A stretch of DNA of 63,558 nucleotides, filler included, from Folioceros fuciformis (taxonomy: Eukaryota): assembly GCA_049999805.1 (NCBI GenBank). It is 5 parts of 5 records of this genome, joined end to end, with 100 filler letters (N's around TTAATTAATTAA, not from the genome) between each part and the next. Parts side by side here need not be neighbours in the genome. Positions count along the whole stretch, not along the records: positions 1 to 29,511 come from JBNGIO010006223.1; positions 29,612 to 51,197 come from JBNGIO010006224.1; 3 more parts are not named here. One strand, written 5' to 3'. Below, one piece after another: positions 24,811-36,719 of the stretch. The notes beneath the pieces were generated by a model. That model was not told the origin of the DNA. It was given only the letters and a program-made list of their open reading frames with translations, and did not search any database. Every line of letters starts with the position of its first letter. The stretch's first letter is position 1. The translations under genes and the position numbers were made by a program.

Positions 24811-25254
24811 GAATGATCTAATGACTAGGAACTCCTTGTTGAGATGTGTGTTGGAGTGATTTTTTGTTTTCTTTCCTAAGTTAGATGTGAAATAGAGATA
24901 GGGTGTGAGTAGGCCGAGGTATTTATGCTTAAAAGTTCCTATGAGTTTGTGGTTTTGGGTTTGGTTTGACTAATAACTGTTCCTTGGACCAGGGGGGCTG
25001 ATTGTTCCTTGGTCATTGGACAATTCGCAAAAGCCTATATAAGGGGGGAACCCCATAGACATAGAGTCATTTTGTGATTGAGGTCGAACCGGAAGTAGAG
25101 AGTCTTGATCTGCATGTGAACTTAGTATGAGAAGGGAGCTAGTTGAAGCCCGACGATGGTTGTGGAATGAGGAAAGCGGTCGTAGAAGGAGCAACCAATA
25201 GTGGAAGTTGGGAGTGGTTGTGGAAACAGGAACGACTTCCGGAAGATGGAAACC

Positions 25255-26900
25255 TGTGGAGGAAAATATTGTGTCCGAGGACACCGCGAGGTCCACACAA
25301 ACCCTCTATGTCATTGTAGCCATGGGATTCGGTCCCAAGGGACTTCTTTGTGCCAAGTAACACAGGTTTCTTCTAATTCTGACTCTTACCTAGGTTAGGA
25401 CTTGTCTACTACTGCCCTACTACCTATCGCTACTCCTCAGTCAGCCTAGCTACTGTGGTCTCAACTCTACAACCCTAGACCCTACTCTACGATCGGGTTT
25501 GGGGTCCCCATGACCAGTAGCATCCACGACAAGTTGGGGTTTCCACAACTAGTAGCGGGTTCCACTACCATGGTGGGTCCCACCCAAAGCCCTAACTAAC
25601 ACATGTCGGCGAAAGTACCGCCACGGGTTTCTACCCACGGGTTTTTCCCCAGAACCCCCTAAGTCATAGGTCGGGGTTTATTGAACACTCCTCACACCCA
25701 CAAATACACACTTAGACAACCCGGTTCCGTGGGGCAGCCACACCTCACACTCCCCTCCTCGAAGGCTCGCTGCCAAATGTCTCCAACCCTCAGCAACATT
25801 CACGATCCCCCAACGGTTTCTCAGCAACCCTTCACACCACAGTCTTTTGACAGCGTCCCACAACGTCCGAGGATCCTCCAAGAATCCTCCATCAATCTCG
25901 TCTCAACCTTGGTACTCTCCTCAAACACTCAGTCTCACGGCACACTCGTTTGCAGCCCACAGTTCGGGAAATAATGGAGGGGAGACTTCCCCTCCACTTC
26001 GCGGGTCAGCGGATTCGTCTCCCTCACCTTGGCCACGGCCTCACTCCTCTTCATCTTGGCTCACTCATTCCTTCCTTTCTCTCCCTCTTACACGATCACA
26101 TCTCAAACACTCACTCACTCGCCAATACTAAGACCGGGTTGTAGCTGACAATCGGGAAATAAGGGAAGGATGTAATCTCCCTCCACTCCGCGTAGTGGGT
26201 AGATTCGTTTCCCTCCCTCAACCACAGCTCACAGTGAATCTTCACATCCACTCACTTCTCAACACTATATTTGAGGGGCAGTTGAAGAGTCGGGGAATAA
26301 GGGAAGCAGGCACCCCTTCTTCCACTTCGCTCATGGGCGGATTCATCCCCCTCACCTCAACCGCAAGCCACAGCTCAGGTGATCCAAGGAATAAGGGAGG
26401 GAACATTCTCCCTCCACTCCGTGGGTCGGCGGATTTGTCCCCCTTCACTCCTATTGCAACACATAATGCGGGTTACCGGGAATAAGGGAAGTTTGCCTTC
26501 CACTCAATGGGAAGTTCCGCCGATTCGTTCCTAATACCACTCGTCGTGGAGAAGAGAAATCTTCCACGCCTTCTCCCAGGAACGCCACACGCACTCGCCT
26601 GCCCGGATCTCCCTATCCGGCAACTGCCGTCACCAGGCTTCCACAGGTTGGAATGCCAATTTCTCGCTGCTTCAGTTTGGCGCCAACAGGCCTCTTATAC
26701 ACAATGGCGGGTCCGCAGCTGCTATTAATTTTAGTCTGCGGGCAGGCAGGCGCTCTTAATTGTGAGCGCTTCTCCAAATCCTACAATATACTATTCTAAG
26801 ATGCGATAACTCTTGCCTATTTTATCGCCGCGCTCGCCTCCTGTCAAGTCGTCGCGCTCCTCTCCCCTGTCAACCTCGAGCCCTCCTCCCTCACCTTTGG
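25255..26900. repeat. LTR/UTR-like region (right arm of the inverted repeat plus five ~60-bp hairpin-like repeats)
   Basis: Begins TG and is homologous to 23921-24735 in reverse. GGAATAAGGGA..CTCCAC..GATTCGT units occur at ~25965, 26154, 26291, 26387 and 26477. Confidence 0.65.
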
Positions 26901-26929
26901 TCAGACAAATACTCCCAGAGGATTTCTAC

Positions 26930-29466
26930 CTCACCACTACTGCTTGACCTTTCCAGCGGTGGCGTGGGCGAGTCCTATCGAGGGATGCTCCTTCCTCCCT
27001 CCAGCCGCCTGTTGTTGAGGACCATCATGGGCTCTCGCTCCACCCATGCTCGTGCTTCCTCCTCCGAATAGTAAGGGGGCAATCCCCCACACTCAACAAC
27101 AATGGGAGAAGCATCCCCTACGAGCCCTCATTTGCAGGCAGTAAGCACTTGTCCCTCCTAGTTCCACACGCACATGGACAGTCACGTTTAGCACACGGTC
27201 TCCATCCACATAGAGGCCACGAACATAAGCTGCCTCATTCGAATGTTGCAATATAATCTGGCCTTTTGCTGCGGATGAGGTGCTTACCCCCTCCTCTCGT
27301 GGGCTATCCCGAACTGCCTGTCTTCTACTCTCCAATGGCAATGGAAGATCCTCCATCCCCCTAGCTGCCGCTCCGCCCTACCCCGTCCTCTTGGTGAGGT
27401 TGCCATTCCAGCTCTGCCGGTTGCAGGCTTCTCGACGGTTGCTGCCTCCTCTCTACCTTGGATGGGCTATCCTCTACCGGCGTGGTCTCTCTCTGACCGG
27501 TAGCCTCTTTGGCTACCTCTGTCGTAGTTCTGCTACTTGGCCTAGCCTTCCCTTTGCCTTTCACCTGACTTCGAGCTTCGTCCCATTCCCGCTTATACCT
27601 ATCCAACAGCTTCTGCTTTTTTTCCACTGCAGCCGCTTCTTGCTCCTGGGCTCTCAACAACTCCTTTTACATTTCTTGATTGGCTCCATGGGCCTCCCTA
27701 ACTTGAGTCAGGAGCAGCTCCTGCTGTTCCTTTAGCGTCTGCATCTCTTCTCGGGCTCGGCGTGCTTCTTCTTGCGCTTGCTCCTTAGCTGTACTCAAGG
27801 CCTGTCGAACCTCCTCCAGCTGCTGCCGACTCGCTTCGGCCTCAGTCAATTTGGCTTGTGTCTCCACTTCCTTCTACCCCTGCATGCTCAACCAAGTCAG
27901 CGCCCTTGTAGCTTGGTCTAGCATATCTGCATGTGCCCGCACCATGGCCGTAGTCAGGCTTGGTAAATCCACCTACTGAGGTGCGCCTCCGGTAGCCATC
28001 CTTCTGTCCAAAATCTGCCTTCCTAGCAGCGTGCGCACTCTGGCCAGATCCTCCTCCTATAGCTTGGTCGCCCCGGGAATGTTCTTGAAAATCTCCTCCC
28101 ATCCCAAGAAGGGTTCTTCCTTCGGTGCTTGCCCTAACTCGCTTGTCACCTCAGCCAGGCCCGCTCCCTCTCCTGGCACCGTTTCCTGAGGTGCATTCAA
28201 TGGCATGTCGCCTACCTTCTGGACGACTCTCCCATAATTTTGGCGGCACGGCCACCCATCTTCCTCTTCTTCGCAGGGGTCTTTCGCCCCACTCCTGCTT
28301 TCCTCTTCCTACTGGCCGTTGCTTCCTCCTCCAAGCTCCCCGTGGCCCCTCGTTCCCAGCTGCTAGATTCAGCTTCTTCCTTCATCTCCTCCGGCTTCCA
28401 CTTGACTGCCCTGACCGGCTTCCACATGTGCAAGGAGGCATCAACTTCTATCTCTGGCAAACTGTTAGCATGACAATATAAGTGCATAAGGAATGATGAG
28501 ATCAGCGACATGCGGGGAATGGGGGAGGTCAAGTTCTGTCTCTCCTCGTTCAATCGATCATAGATGATCTTCCCCCAATCAATCTTACTCCCCTTGACCA
28601 CCTCATGCAAAAACAGAAGCATGTGGTCCGACAGATAGTCCTGCTTCATGTTCTGTAAGAAGCACAGGAGCCACCTAGCCAACCCCATGAGTTGGGCAGT
28701 CGCCATCTCTCATGCCAACCAGCCGTTGGCTGCCCTTCCTATCCCCGCTTTGAACAGTGCTGCCGCTGATGCCGTGGTGTTGCATTTCCTTAAGGACTCT
28801 ATCACCAACCCTCCGGCTTCCTCCTGGCTATGCCCATACATGGTTCGGACCAGTTCGATGCTCCACTCCAGTCCTAAGGACTCCCCCTAATTCCTTCCCC
28901 CTTCGTCGGACTCCTCAGTCGGCGTGCACACTCTTGCACTAAGGCGGGTGCCACATGGTTCCACCGTTGGGCCATGAACTCGAGGCCTAGCTCCTCCACT
29001 AGCCCTCCGGCTCTGGCCCTCCAATGATCCATGTTAGGCCAGAGCACGGCCTCTACTTGGGACACAAGGACCTGTTCCGTGTCTCTGGCCGCGCCCACCG
29101 GCACCAGCTCCGTAGCCGTTCCTTCCATCTTCATCCTCCTCAGTTGTCTCCCCGACGCCGCGCCTTCCCTTGGTTAATCAACGCCGCACTGTTCTTGCCC
29201 TGCTCAGGAGCCGCCGTGCTTAGGTGTGCCTTCGCTTCGGTCGCCTGCCTTTAGCTCATGTCCCGTCCACCACTTCCGCTCCCCGACTCCTCGGTTGCAC
29301 TCATTTTCGAAATCACACCCGGACCCTCCTGTTCCTACTTAGGGTTTTCCGCTGCTTGGCTGTTTCGATTCTGCTACCCACCGAAGTTCCACTACTAGTT
29401 GTCCCTTCTTTGACGGTGGTTCACCTTCCCCAACCATTGCTGGGTCACAACTTCCTTATTTTCTAG
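26930..29466 (-). mobile_element. Degenerate accessory ORF of an LTR retrotransposon (globular domain, charged linker, coiled coil)
   Basis: Fragmented minus-strand ORFs: LGLEFMAQRW, KIDWGKIIYDRLNEE..SSFLMHLY, then a long E/Q/A/R-rich coiled coil, next to LTR-like sequence. The family assignment is inferred. Confidence 0.55.
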
Positions 29467-29511
29467 CCTAAGTCCACGACCCTCCCTACCTAGCGGTTGT
29501 CTCCTATTTCC

Positions 29512-29611
29512 NNNNNNNNNNNNNNNNNNNNNNNNNNNNNNNNNNNNNNNNNNNNTTAATTAATTAANNNNNNNNNNNNNNNNNNNNNNNNNNNNNNNNN
29601 NNNNNNNNNNN
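29512..29611. other. Artificial contig spacer
   Basis: N44-TTAATTAATTAA-N44, giving stops in all six frames. Confidence 0.98.
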
Positions 29612-30499
29612 CGCCACCGCGCCCCCGCACGAGTGAAAGTGCAGCGTAGTCATGACGATCGTGGAAAAATCAAGGACGGCAGAATTGCGACGGAACGGGC
29701 AGCCAGCACAGAGGGGAACTGCGTAATTTCAAAGGTGCTACACATGCACACGCCACAACCAGCAGTCTATGTGGCGAGACTGCGACTTGTACAACGCATG
29801 CGACGTATGACATGTACACAAAAAACATAGACTGCCACAGACATACTCCTTGGACGTAATTGGTAGACTGGCAGAATGGGACAAAGGCAGCCAACCACCA
29901 CTCAATTCTTTCGCTTCTTCACCGAAGCATCCAAATATTATGTTATACTTCCCTCTCGGGCAATGAAGTACGCGACTTGAGAAGAGGGGCACTACGTTTT
30001 CCTGTGAAACTGCTCCCACGGGTGGTTCGTCTCTCTCGTTCTCCTGCCTGACTTCACATACAGAACCAACCATGCGATTAGGGTAGACTGTATCGACCCA
30101 ACAGATCGTAGATGCACGCTTGAGGACGAGGCGACGTGCTTAAGTAGTTTGAGGGGGCTTGCAAGCGACTATCGCCAGTTTCAACTACAAGCACTGACTG
30201 ACCTCAACAAAAATTTGCGTGCTGACCCTCGATTTGCCCTGCTCTAAATCGGTATATGCCCGTGTTCATCATGTCTGGCTCGTGCCGGTGCAGCTCCTTC
30301 TGCCACCACCACGGCCCCACAGCATGTGAGCCCGAATGTAGTACAACAAAAAGCAAGAAATGCAGGGCAATGCAAGGCGGGGTAAGGCTCCATAAAAGCA
30401 ACAGAATGCCATGCCATGCAATGCAATAGCGAATCAAGAAAATTGGCGAGACCCTTACTTTCAAGAGAGCTGGCAGGCAAGGGTGGTAGTCTAGCTTGC

Positions 30500-31351
30500 T
30501 TACTTGGAGCTCTGTTTGTGCTTCTTCAGCTTGTCCACGGGCTCACAGTCCGTGATCTCGGTCTCGCACTCCTTGAGCCACAGAGAGTCGGCCATCTCGT
30601 TCTCTTGGCCGGCCAGCAGGGTCTGGCAAGGGGCGTTCAGGCTATCCCGCAGGCCGGCATTGCTATGGAGGCAGTGGACCTCAGCGTCGCAGGGCACGGT
30701 GAAGGAGTTGAGGTAGTAACCCCCGGGCAAGGGCTGCACCTGCTGGTGCACCGGCTGGGCCTGCACCTGCGGCTGCACCAGCTGGGACATATAGGCCGAC
30801 AGCTCGCCGTCGATCCGGCCACGGAACTCAGCCAGCATGGCCCGCAGCCGCATCGCCTCCGCCTCGAACGGCCGCAGCCGCACCACCTCAGCCTGCAGCG
30901 CAGCCTGGCCCTGCAACCGCTTAACCAGCTGCGAATTCAGCGCCTTCAGCTGCTGCACCTGCTCCTCCAGGTACGCCGTGTGCGCCTTCTTCTTCTCCCG
31001 GTACTTCTTCACCGCCTCCCGGTTCCCCACGGGCCGGTGCTTCTTGCTGCTGCCGTTGCCCAGGCCCGGTTGCATCTCCGACTGCACGTCCCCCTCATCG
31101 CCGTCCCGGTGCTCGCCCTTGCCCGCAAACAGCTGCGTGTGCGTGTGGTAGCAGGTGTGTGTGTGCCGATTCTCCGGCCCCGTCGGCGGATTGCAAGTGT
31201 GCGTATGCGTGCAGCTGTGAGTGCTCCGCATCAGCTCTTCCAGGAAGCTCTCCATGTCCGTGTTGCTGCTGTTGCTCGCCAGGTTACACTCCAAGCTGCT
31301 GCTACCGGAGAACATGTCTTGATCCAGAAAATCCACCCCGCTCTCCTCCAT
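30500..31351 (-). CDS. F-group bZIP transcription factor (bZIP19/23-like zinc-deficiency regulator), single coding exon
   Basis: Cys/His zinc-sensor motifs CTHTHTCNPP and HTHTCYHTHT; basic region GNREAVKKYREKKKAHTAYLE; FRGRIDGEL. Confidence 0.95.
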   Translation of the reverse strand: MEESGVDFLDQDMFSGSSSLECNLASNSSNTDMESFLEELMRSTHSCTHTHTCNPPTGPENRHTHTCYHTHTQLFAGKGEHRDGDEGDVQSEMQPGLGNGSSKKHRPVGNREAVKKYREKKKAHTAYLEEQVQQLKALNSQLVKRLQGQAALQAEVVRLRPFEAEAMRLRAMLAEFRGRIDGELSAYMSQLVQPQVQAQPVHQQVQPLPGGYYLNSFTVPCDAEVHCLHSNAGLRDSLNAPCQTLLAGQENEMADSLWLKECETEITDCEPVDKLKKHKQSSK

Positions 31352-31742
31352 CTCCTCTCTCGAATCCCCGCCTCGCCACTCACAGCATTTCGTACTCTCC
31401 CATAGACTCTGTTGCTCTCGCGGCTCGCCAGCCTCGCCTTTCCTTGCAAGCTCAAGAGCCAAGTCTTCTGATCTCGTCGCAGATTCCAGTTCCCGGAGTT
31501 TCGTCAGGACAACCTAACCCGGCCCCAACCTCCTCCTCGGGCTCGAACCTCACCCAGGGTTTAAGCTCACTTGTCGGATGATGCACTCGGGGTCCTCGAA
31601 AATTAGATTTTGTGGGTTTTTCCTTCGTCGTCCACGGTTGTGGATTTGTGACGCAGGTGGCTGTAGCACCGTCCCGAGGTCGATGGTGGATTGATCGTGC
31701 CCACGAATTCCGACGAATTTTGATCTTCTGCAACCTGAGGGA

Positions 31743-32940
31743 ATGGCGTCCGCAGCATGTGCTTCCTCGGGTGTGGCAGCCACTACTCCTTCTTGCAGGT
31801 TGGTCGGCCACGGGCATGCAGGCACAGTGAGGTTTGTGTTTGTCGGATGAGTTTGCAGCATCATGACTGACGGCTTGATGGGTTTGCCCGAATGCAGCGG
31901 GCACAAGGGCACGCAGCATGTTGCGTCAGTGAGGGCCTCGTTTCTTTGCGGGCGTCCACTGCGGCAACCGAGGATGCCTCTCTTGGTTTTAGGCTTCCGA
32001 AGCCCTAGGTGGGTGGTGCAGCTCGGGGTTGCAGGTATGGAGTTTGGTGCGTAGGGAGGAGTGAACAGAGGGCACTCTTTGAAGGACGCTTGGGGTGGTA
32101 ATATTCGTATCATGTCTCATTGTAGGTCCTCAACAGCCGGTTTATCCAAGACTGCATGTTCGGGATCCCTACAAGAGGCTGGGCTTGTCCCTCGACGCAT
32201 CAGAAGAGGAAGTGCGAGAGGCACACAGCTATCTCTCGGCCGAGTATGCAGCTCATGAGAGAAGCAGGGAGGCCATAGAGGATGCGTATGACCAGATAAT
32301 CATGGAGAGCTTCAGGCAGAGGAAGAAGACGAAAATCAATCTGAAGACTAGTTTGAAGAAGAAGGTGTCAGAGTCACCACCTTGGGTGCAAGCCTTCTTC
32401 AGGACGATCGAAGTCCCCAAGTCCGAGATCATTGTTCGCAGGGCTGTTCTTTTTGCACTTCTTGGAGTGTGGAGCGTAATGAATCCAGCAGAAGGGGGTC
32501 CCGCGTTTCAGGTGCGGTTTGCTGAGGTTGTAGACAGGTTTCTGTGCTGCGTGCATTCCAGGTGCTGCAGACGATTATCCCGTTTTGTGCTCATTTTACA
32601 CCACATATGCAGGTTGCCGTGTCTCTCGGGGCTTGCATCTATTTTCTCAACGACAGGTTGAAGAGCTTGGGAAGAGCAGCGTTCCTTGGGTGAGTTAGCC
32701 ATTGCTCATTTTGGTGCTCAACTTAACTTGCCTATGCCGACTGAACTCATAACTTTGCATCTCATGAATTTCAGGTTCACTGCGCTCGCTGTGGGATGGA
32801 CATGTGGAGCTTTCCTGGTCCCTCTTATCCCCAGCTCTTTCTATTTACTCACACAGTTTACTGCTTACTTCAGTCCAGAGCTGATGACTGCCCTGATCTC
32901 ATACGTCTTCCTCTTCGTTGCTTGTACATTTTTTAAATGA
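31743..32940 (+). CDS. CPP1: Chaperone-like protein of POR1 (CPP1/CDF1), ~5 exons
   Basis: [64 protein letters not shown]. Confidence 0.92.
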
Positions 32941-34022
32941 GGTGACACATTTCCAAACAGTCTAGTAGCGTAGAATGCAAACCAATTTTTGTAACGTTAG
33001 AGATTGAATTTGATTCAGATTCTGTTTAATCGGCTGCAAGGTTGTGTGTTGCCACCAGAGAACCAAACAGTTTAGCCGAGAGCCGTAGTTGTTAGCAAGC
33101 CAATCTAACCCTCTCTGGAGATCACCGATTCCAACAGCGTTCAGATGGAACGTCACGGGTATCGGCTCCTGTATTCCGTCAGGTGTTTTGTGTATGACAC
33201 ACAAAACACTTGCCAGACGATGAATGTAATTCATTTGTGAATCAAGAGCGAGAAATCTGTTCTTCCGCGTGGTTAACTTTCTTCTATTCACTTGCACAGT
33301 GTGGCAGAGTGACACCCACAACACGAGTTGGGCAAAGACGCAGAAGATTTTGACCACCAAGCCACAACAGACACTCAGACAGGACACACGGTAGGGAACA
33401 CGGTGACAAAATGGGCGTTCAAAATAGAATGCACTGTATGGTGATGTTACGTGTAGCACCATCTCCACGCACTACGAATCATGATACATCTAGCCACCGC
33501 TATGTACAGAACCGCATTTTTTGACACACAGGAGATCTGGTGTGAATGTGCGGCCCGGTCCTGTGTATCCTTCCATCAACTCCACAATTGCTATTTCCAC
33601 ATTCCTGGGCAATACAGCAGCATTGCTGAAGGATTGAAGTGGCAAGAGAGGCGGCGTCGACATCAGACTCGTTCCGCAAAGGGAGGATATCCCTTCTACG
33701 GTAACGAGCCCACTGGTCTTCCATTGGCGTCGGCGTTTGGACGACCCCTACCGGAATTGATTATATACAAACTCGACATCAACGTGCTGAGCAGCAGTGA
33801 GCAAACCTTCTGAAAAGCCTCTGCAGTCATGTGTTCACCCGGGGCCTTGCGCAACTGGACAAAGGCACAAGTTAACAAACAGCAACGGCAACACAACTGC
33901 AAAAGCAGGCAGAATCAATCTTCAGTGTGAAAGACGGAAGTTCCAGCTACTACTCCTACTCGTGGCAACCAGCCACTTGCAACGTCGCTACAATTATGAG
34001 GATCCGAAGCTCATCAAGTCAT

Positions 34023-36110
34023 CTAAGCAGGGACAGGGGAAGGAGCTAGCACGTTATCAGCAATGGCTGACACTGACGACACCACGCTGTTGACATCAAT
34101 TCCAGCCAGCTTCCCAGTTCGTGACGCAATAGCTTTCACGTTCTCGGCGTGTGGAGGAAGAAACAGCTCCGCCTTCTCCTCTGAGGAGAAGAGAGCCACA
34201 CTGCAGAGCAACAATATGGTGAAACAAGTAGGTTAATACCTTCAACTCGCTGCTACGTCTGTGGAGTACTACCTGCTAGCGCTGAAGACAAGTACCTGGG
34301 CTTTTTCAGCGCTATGGCAAGCTGCAAGGCTGCAGTGTTGGTTGACACAACACCGATTGAATCGTAGATAAGAGCAGCCAACTGTGTTCAAGCCCATTAC
34401 ACAAGATGTACGATATCAAGACATACTCAAACTGGTGCAGAAACAACGTAGGCTTCACAGGTGGGAAGTTAGAGAGACCTGGCCCGGAGTGGTGATGTAG
34501 CATACACTTGTCTCCACTCCCAAGTGTTCATATACCCTAAGGGTGTCCTTCTTATGGGGTATCACTACCACCACCTTCGTGCTGCAAAGACGAGGATTCC
34601 ATCACAGTTGGGAGCTGGATGAAATTCCTGTTAGTACATGGTTGGAACAGCTTGGTACAGTGCTCCCTACCTTATGCCACTGGCAATTTGGGCCCAAACG
34701 GAGAGAGGCAGAAGGCTGTCTGTGTCACCCCAGGACGTCATGGATGCTTCTGAGTCGGACTCCATACCATGGAAGACCAAGTAGTCACCTCTGCTGGCAC
34801 TTCCAGGCTCATCGTACTTGGTCTGTACCACCTCTTGCAGCTTTCTGGACACATTGACATAGAGGGGTTGCACCAGCTGCCTTCCCAAACCTGGGCCTGG
34901 CTTTCCCACGAACTCAATCATCTCCGTGTACCTGTGTACAGACACATGTAGTGCTAGCTTCTCAGCCGAGAGAAGCTCAGGATGAAGCAGGTCACCTGCT
35001 TGCAAGCTTCAACATAAGACTAAGAGCCAGCAGGCTTGATGAGGTTCCTCACTCACATGTTATATCCACCCTCTGCCAGGTTCAATCGAGGGGCCTTGAA
35101 GTGAGAAGACAGAAAGAGGTCCGCGAATGCACCGTTGACATTCGGGTAGACGTAGCTAACATTCTCTCGGCTGTCAGACAACCACAACATCCAAGCATGC
35201 CCCATTCCTGATAACTTGGTGGAAAGAATGAGATCGTAGTACTCGTTCTGGAAAGATTTCCGCACAACACTTAGCACCTGTTCCAAGCTTGCAGCCGCCT
35301 TGGGTGGGTAATGTGAGAAAACAATGGAGTGAGGCACAGAAACACGCACCTTAAATTTGCCTATAATATCCATAAACTCTACAGGCTCCACAAACTCCAC
35401 ATTCACCGGGTGCACAAACGCACGTCTCACATTCTTGTTGAGCTCATACGTCTGCTTGCCCCTTGCCGAGGCGTAAGTGTCGATCTTCACACCAGGATAC
35501 CGGTCCTTCAATAACTGGATGACCGGGAAGAATAGGAGATTCTCATAAACTCCACCGTGCACAATGCAGGCACATTTCCTCACATCCCCCCTGAGATAGG
35601 ACCCCAAGCTCGCAATCTCGGGATTGTAGAATGCTGGAAAGTCGAGGTACCTACATACGATAGCGCAAGTGCAGCAAGTGCAGCAAGTGAGCAAACCCAA
35701 GTTTCCCAATCCCCGCCCAGTAATCCAGGCTGTACCAAATTGCGACGCCCTCGTACTGAAGCCAGCATTTAATACCCATAAGGACTCTCATCGTCATATC
35801 CAGGAATTGGGTCCTCCGCGGTCTGCTTGCCTTCCGACAACACATCTCCGTTATCCAACTCCTCAGGAACCCCGAAATCGAAGGGGTCCTTCCATCCCCC
35901 GCGCACCTCCTTCACCCCACCCTCCGCCACTGCAGCATCCCGCCTTCCAGGGGCTGCCACCACAGGCCTGGAGAGGAGACGACGCCCCAGCTCCCCAGGG
36001 CTCCTGGCGAGCGCACACTCCGAATTCCCGCCTGGCGACCGGAACCTGCAGGCACCTGGCACCATCTGCAGAACAGCTCCCGCCGAAGCTGCTGCAATGT
36101 GAGCTGCCAT
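34023..36110 (-). CDS. PnsB1: Photosynthetic NDH subcomplex B subunit 1 (NDF1/NDH48), multi-exon
   Basis: DPFDFG..EGKQTAEDP..EIASLG..RGDVRKC..GGVYENLLFFPVIQLLKDRYPGV..ARGKQTYELNKNVR; C-terminal ALFSSEEK..TGKLAGID. Confidence 0.95.
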
Positions 36111-36719
36111 TGCCGGGCCCCGCCCCGTCCCGTCACGCCTCGCGCAAAAATTTTATCCCCTTTGCATGGAGCTCAGATAAATGATCGAGCCCGCATTCCT
36201 CCTCGCTCTTTTCGAATCAACGATCGCGTGGCTCGGAGCTGAATCCGTTCCTCCCTGCCTCGCCAGAACGCTTGCAGTTTGCGTTCGTTCTATCCGGCTG
36301 CAGCTCCCGGTAAGCCGAAATCCCGGTGTGACGGAACCACATCTCCTCTCCCCGTGGCAACTGGAACCGGAAATAGGCGGTGGCATGCGCACGGATAAGG
36401 CGTAGGACGGGCAACATGGGGCCAGGAAGACGAGGATCCCGGTAACAAACGGAACGGCAGAACGGGGTGTGTCGTATTCCGCTTCGTTCGATTATTGGCG
36501 AACGGAGCTAATGGACGCCACATGTTCATCTGTACGGCATTTCGGGAGGGAATTTTTTAGTCGCAACTCCAATGCATGAAGCATCTGCCCCAGCTGAGAA
36601 TCAAATACGAGGTAGGGCGGATCGCAGGATTTCTTTAAAGTGTTCGACGACAACATCTTTCTCCTCCTTTGATTTGAGAAGTAAGAGTAGGAGAAGGAGG
36701 AGGAGGAGGAGGAGTTAAC

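Noticed and set aside
26678..26695. TGGCGCC as a retrotransposon PBS
   Set aside because: Only the short palindromic core matches, and no LTR boundary or downstream gag could be placed.
30416..31405. 329-aa plus-strand ORF
   Set aside because: It is the antisense shadow of the GC-rich bZIP coding sequence.
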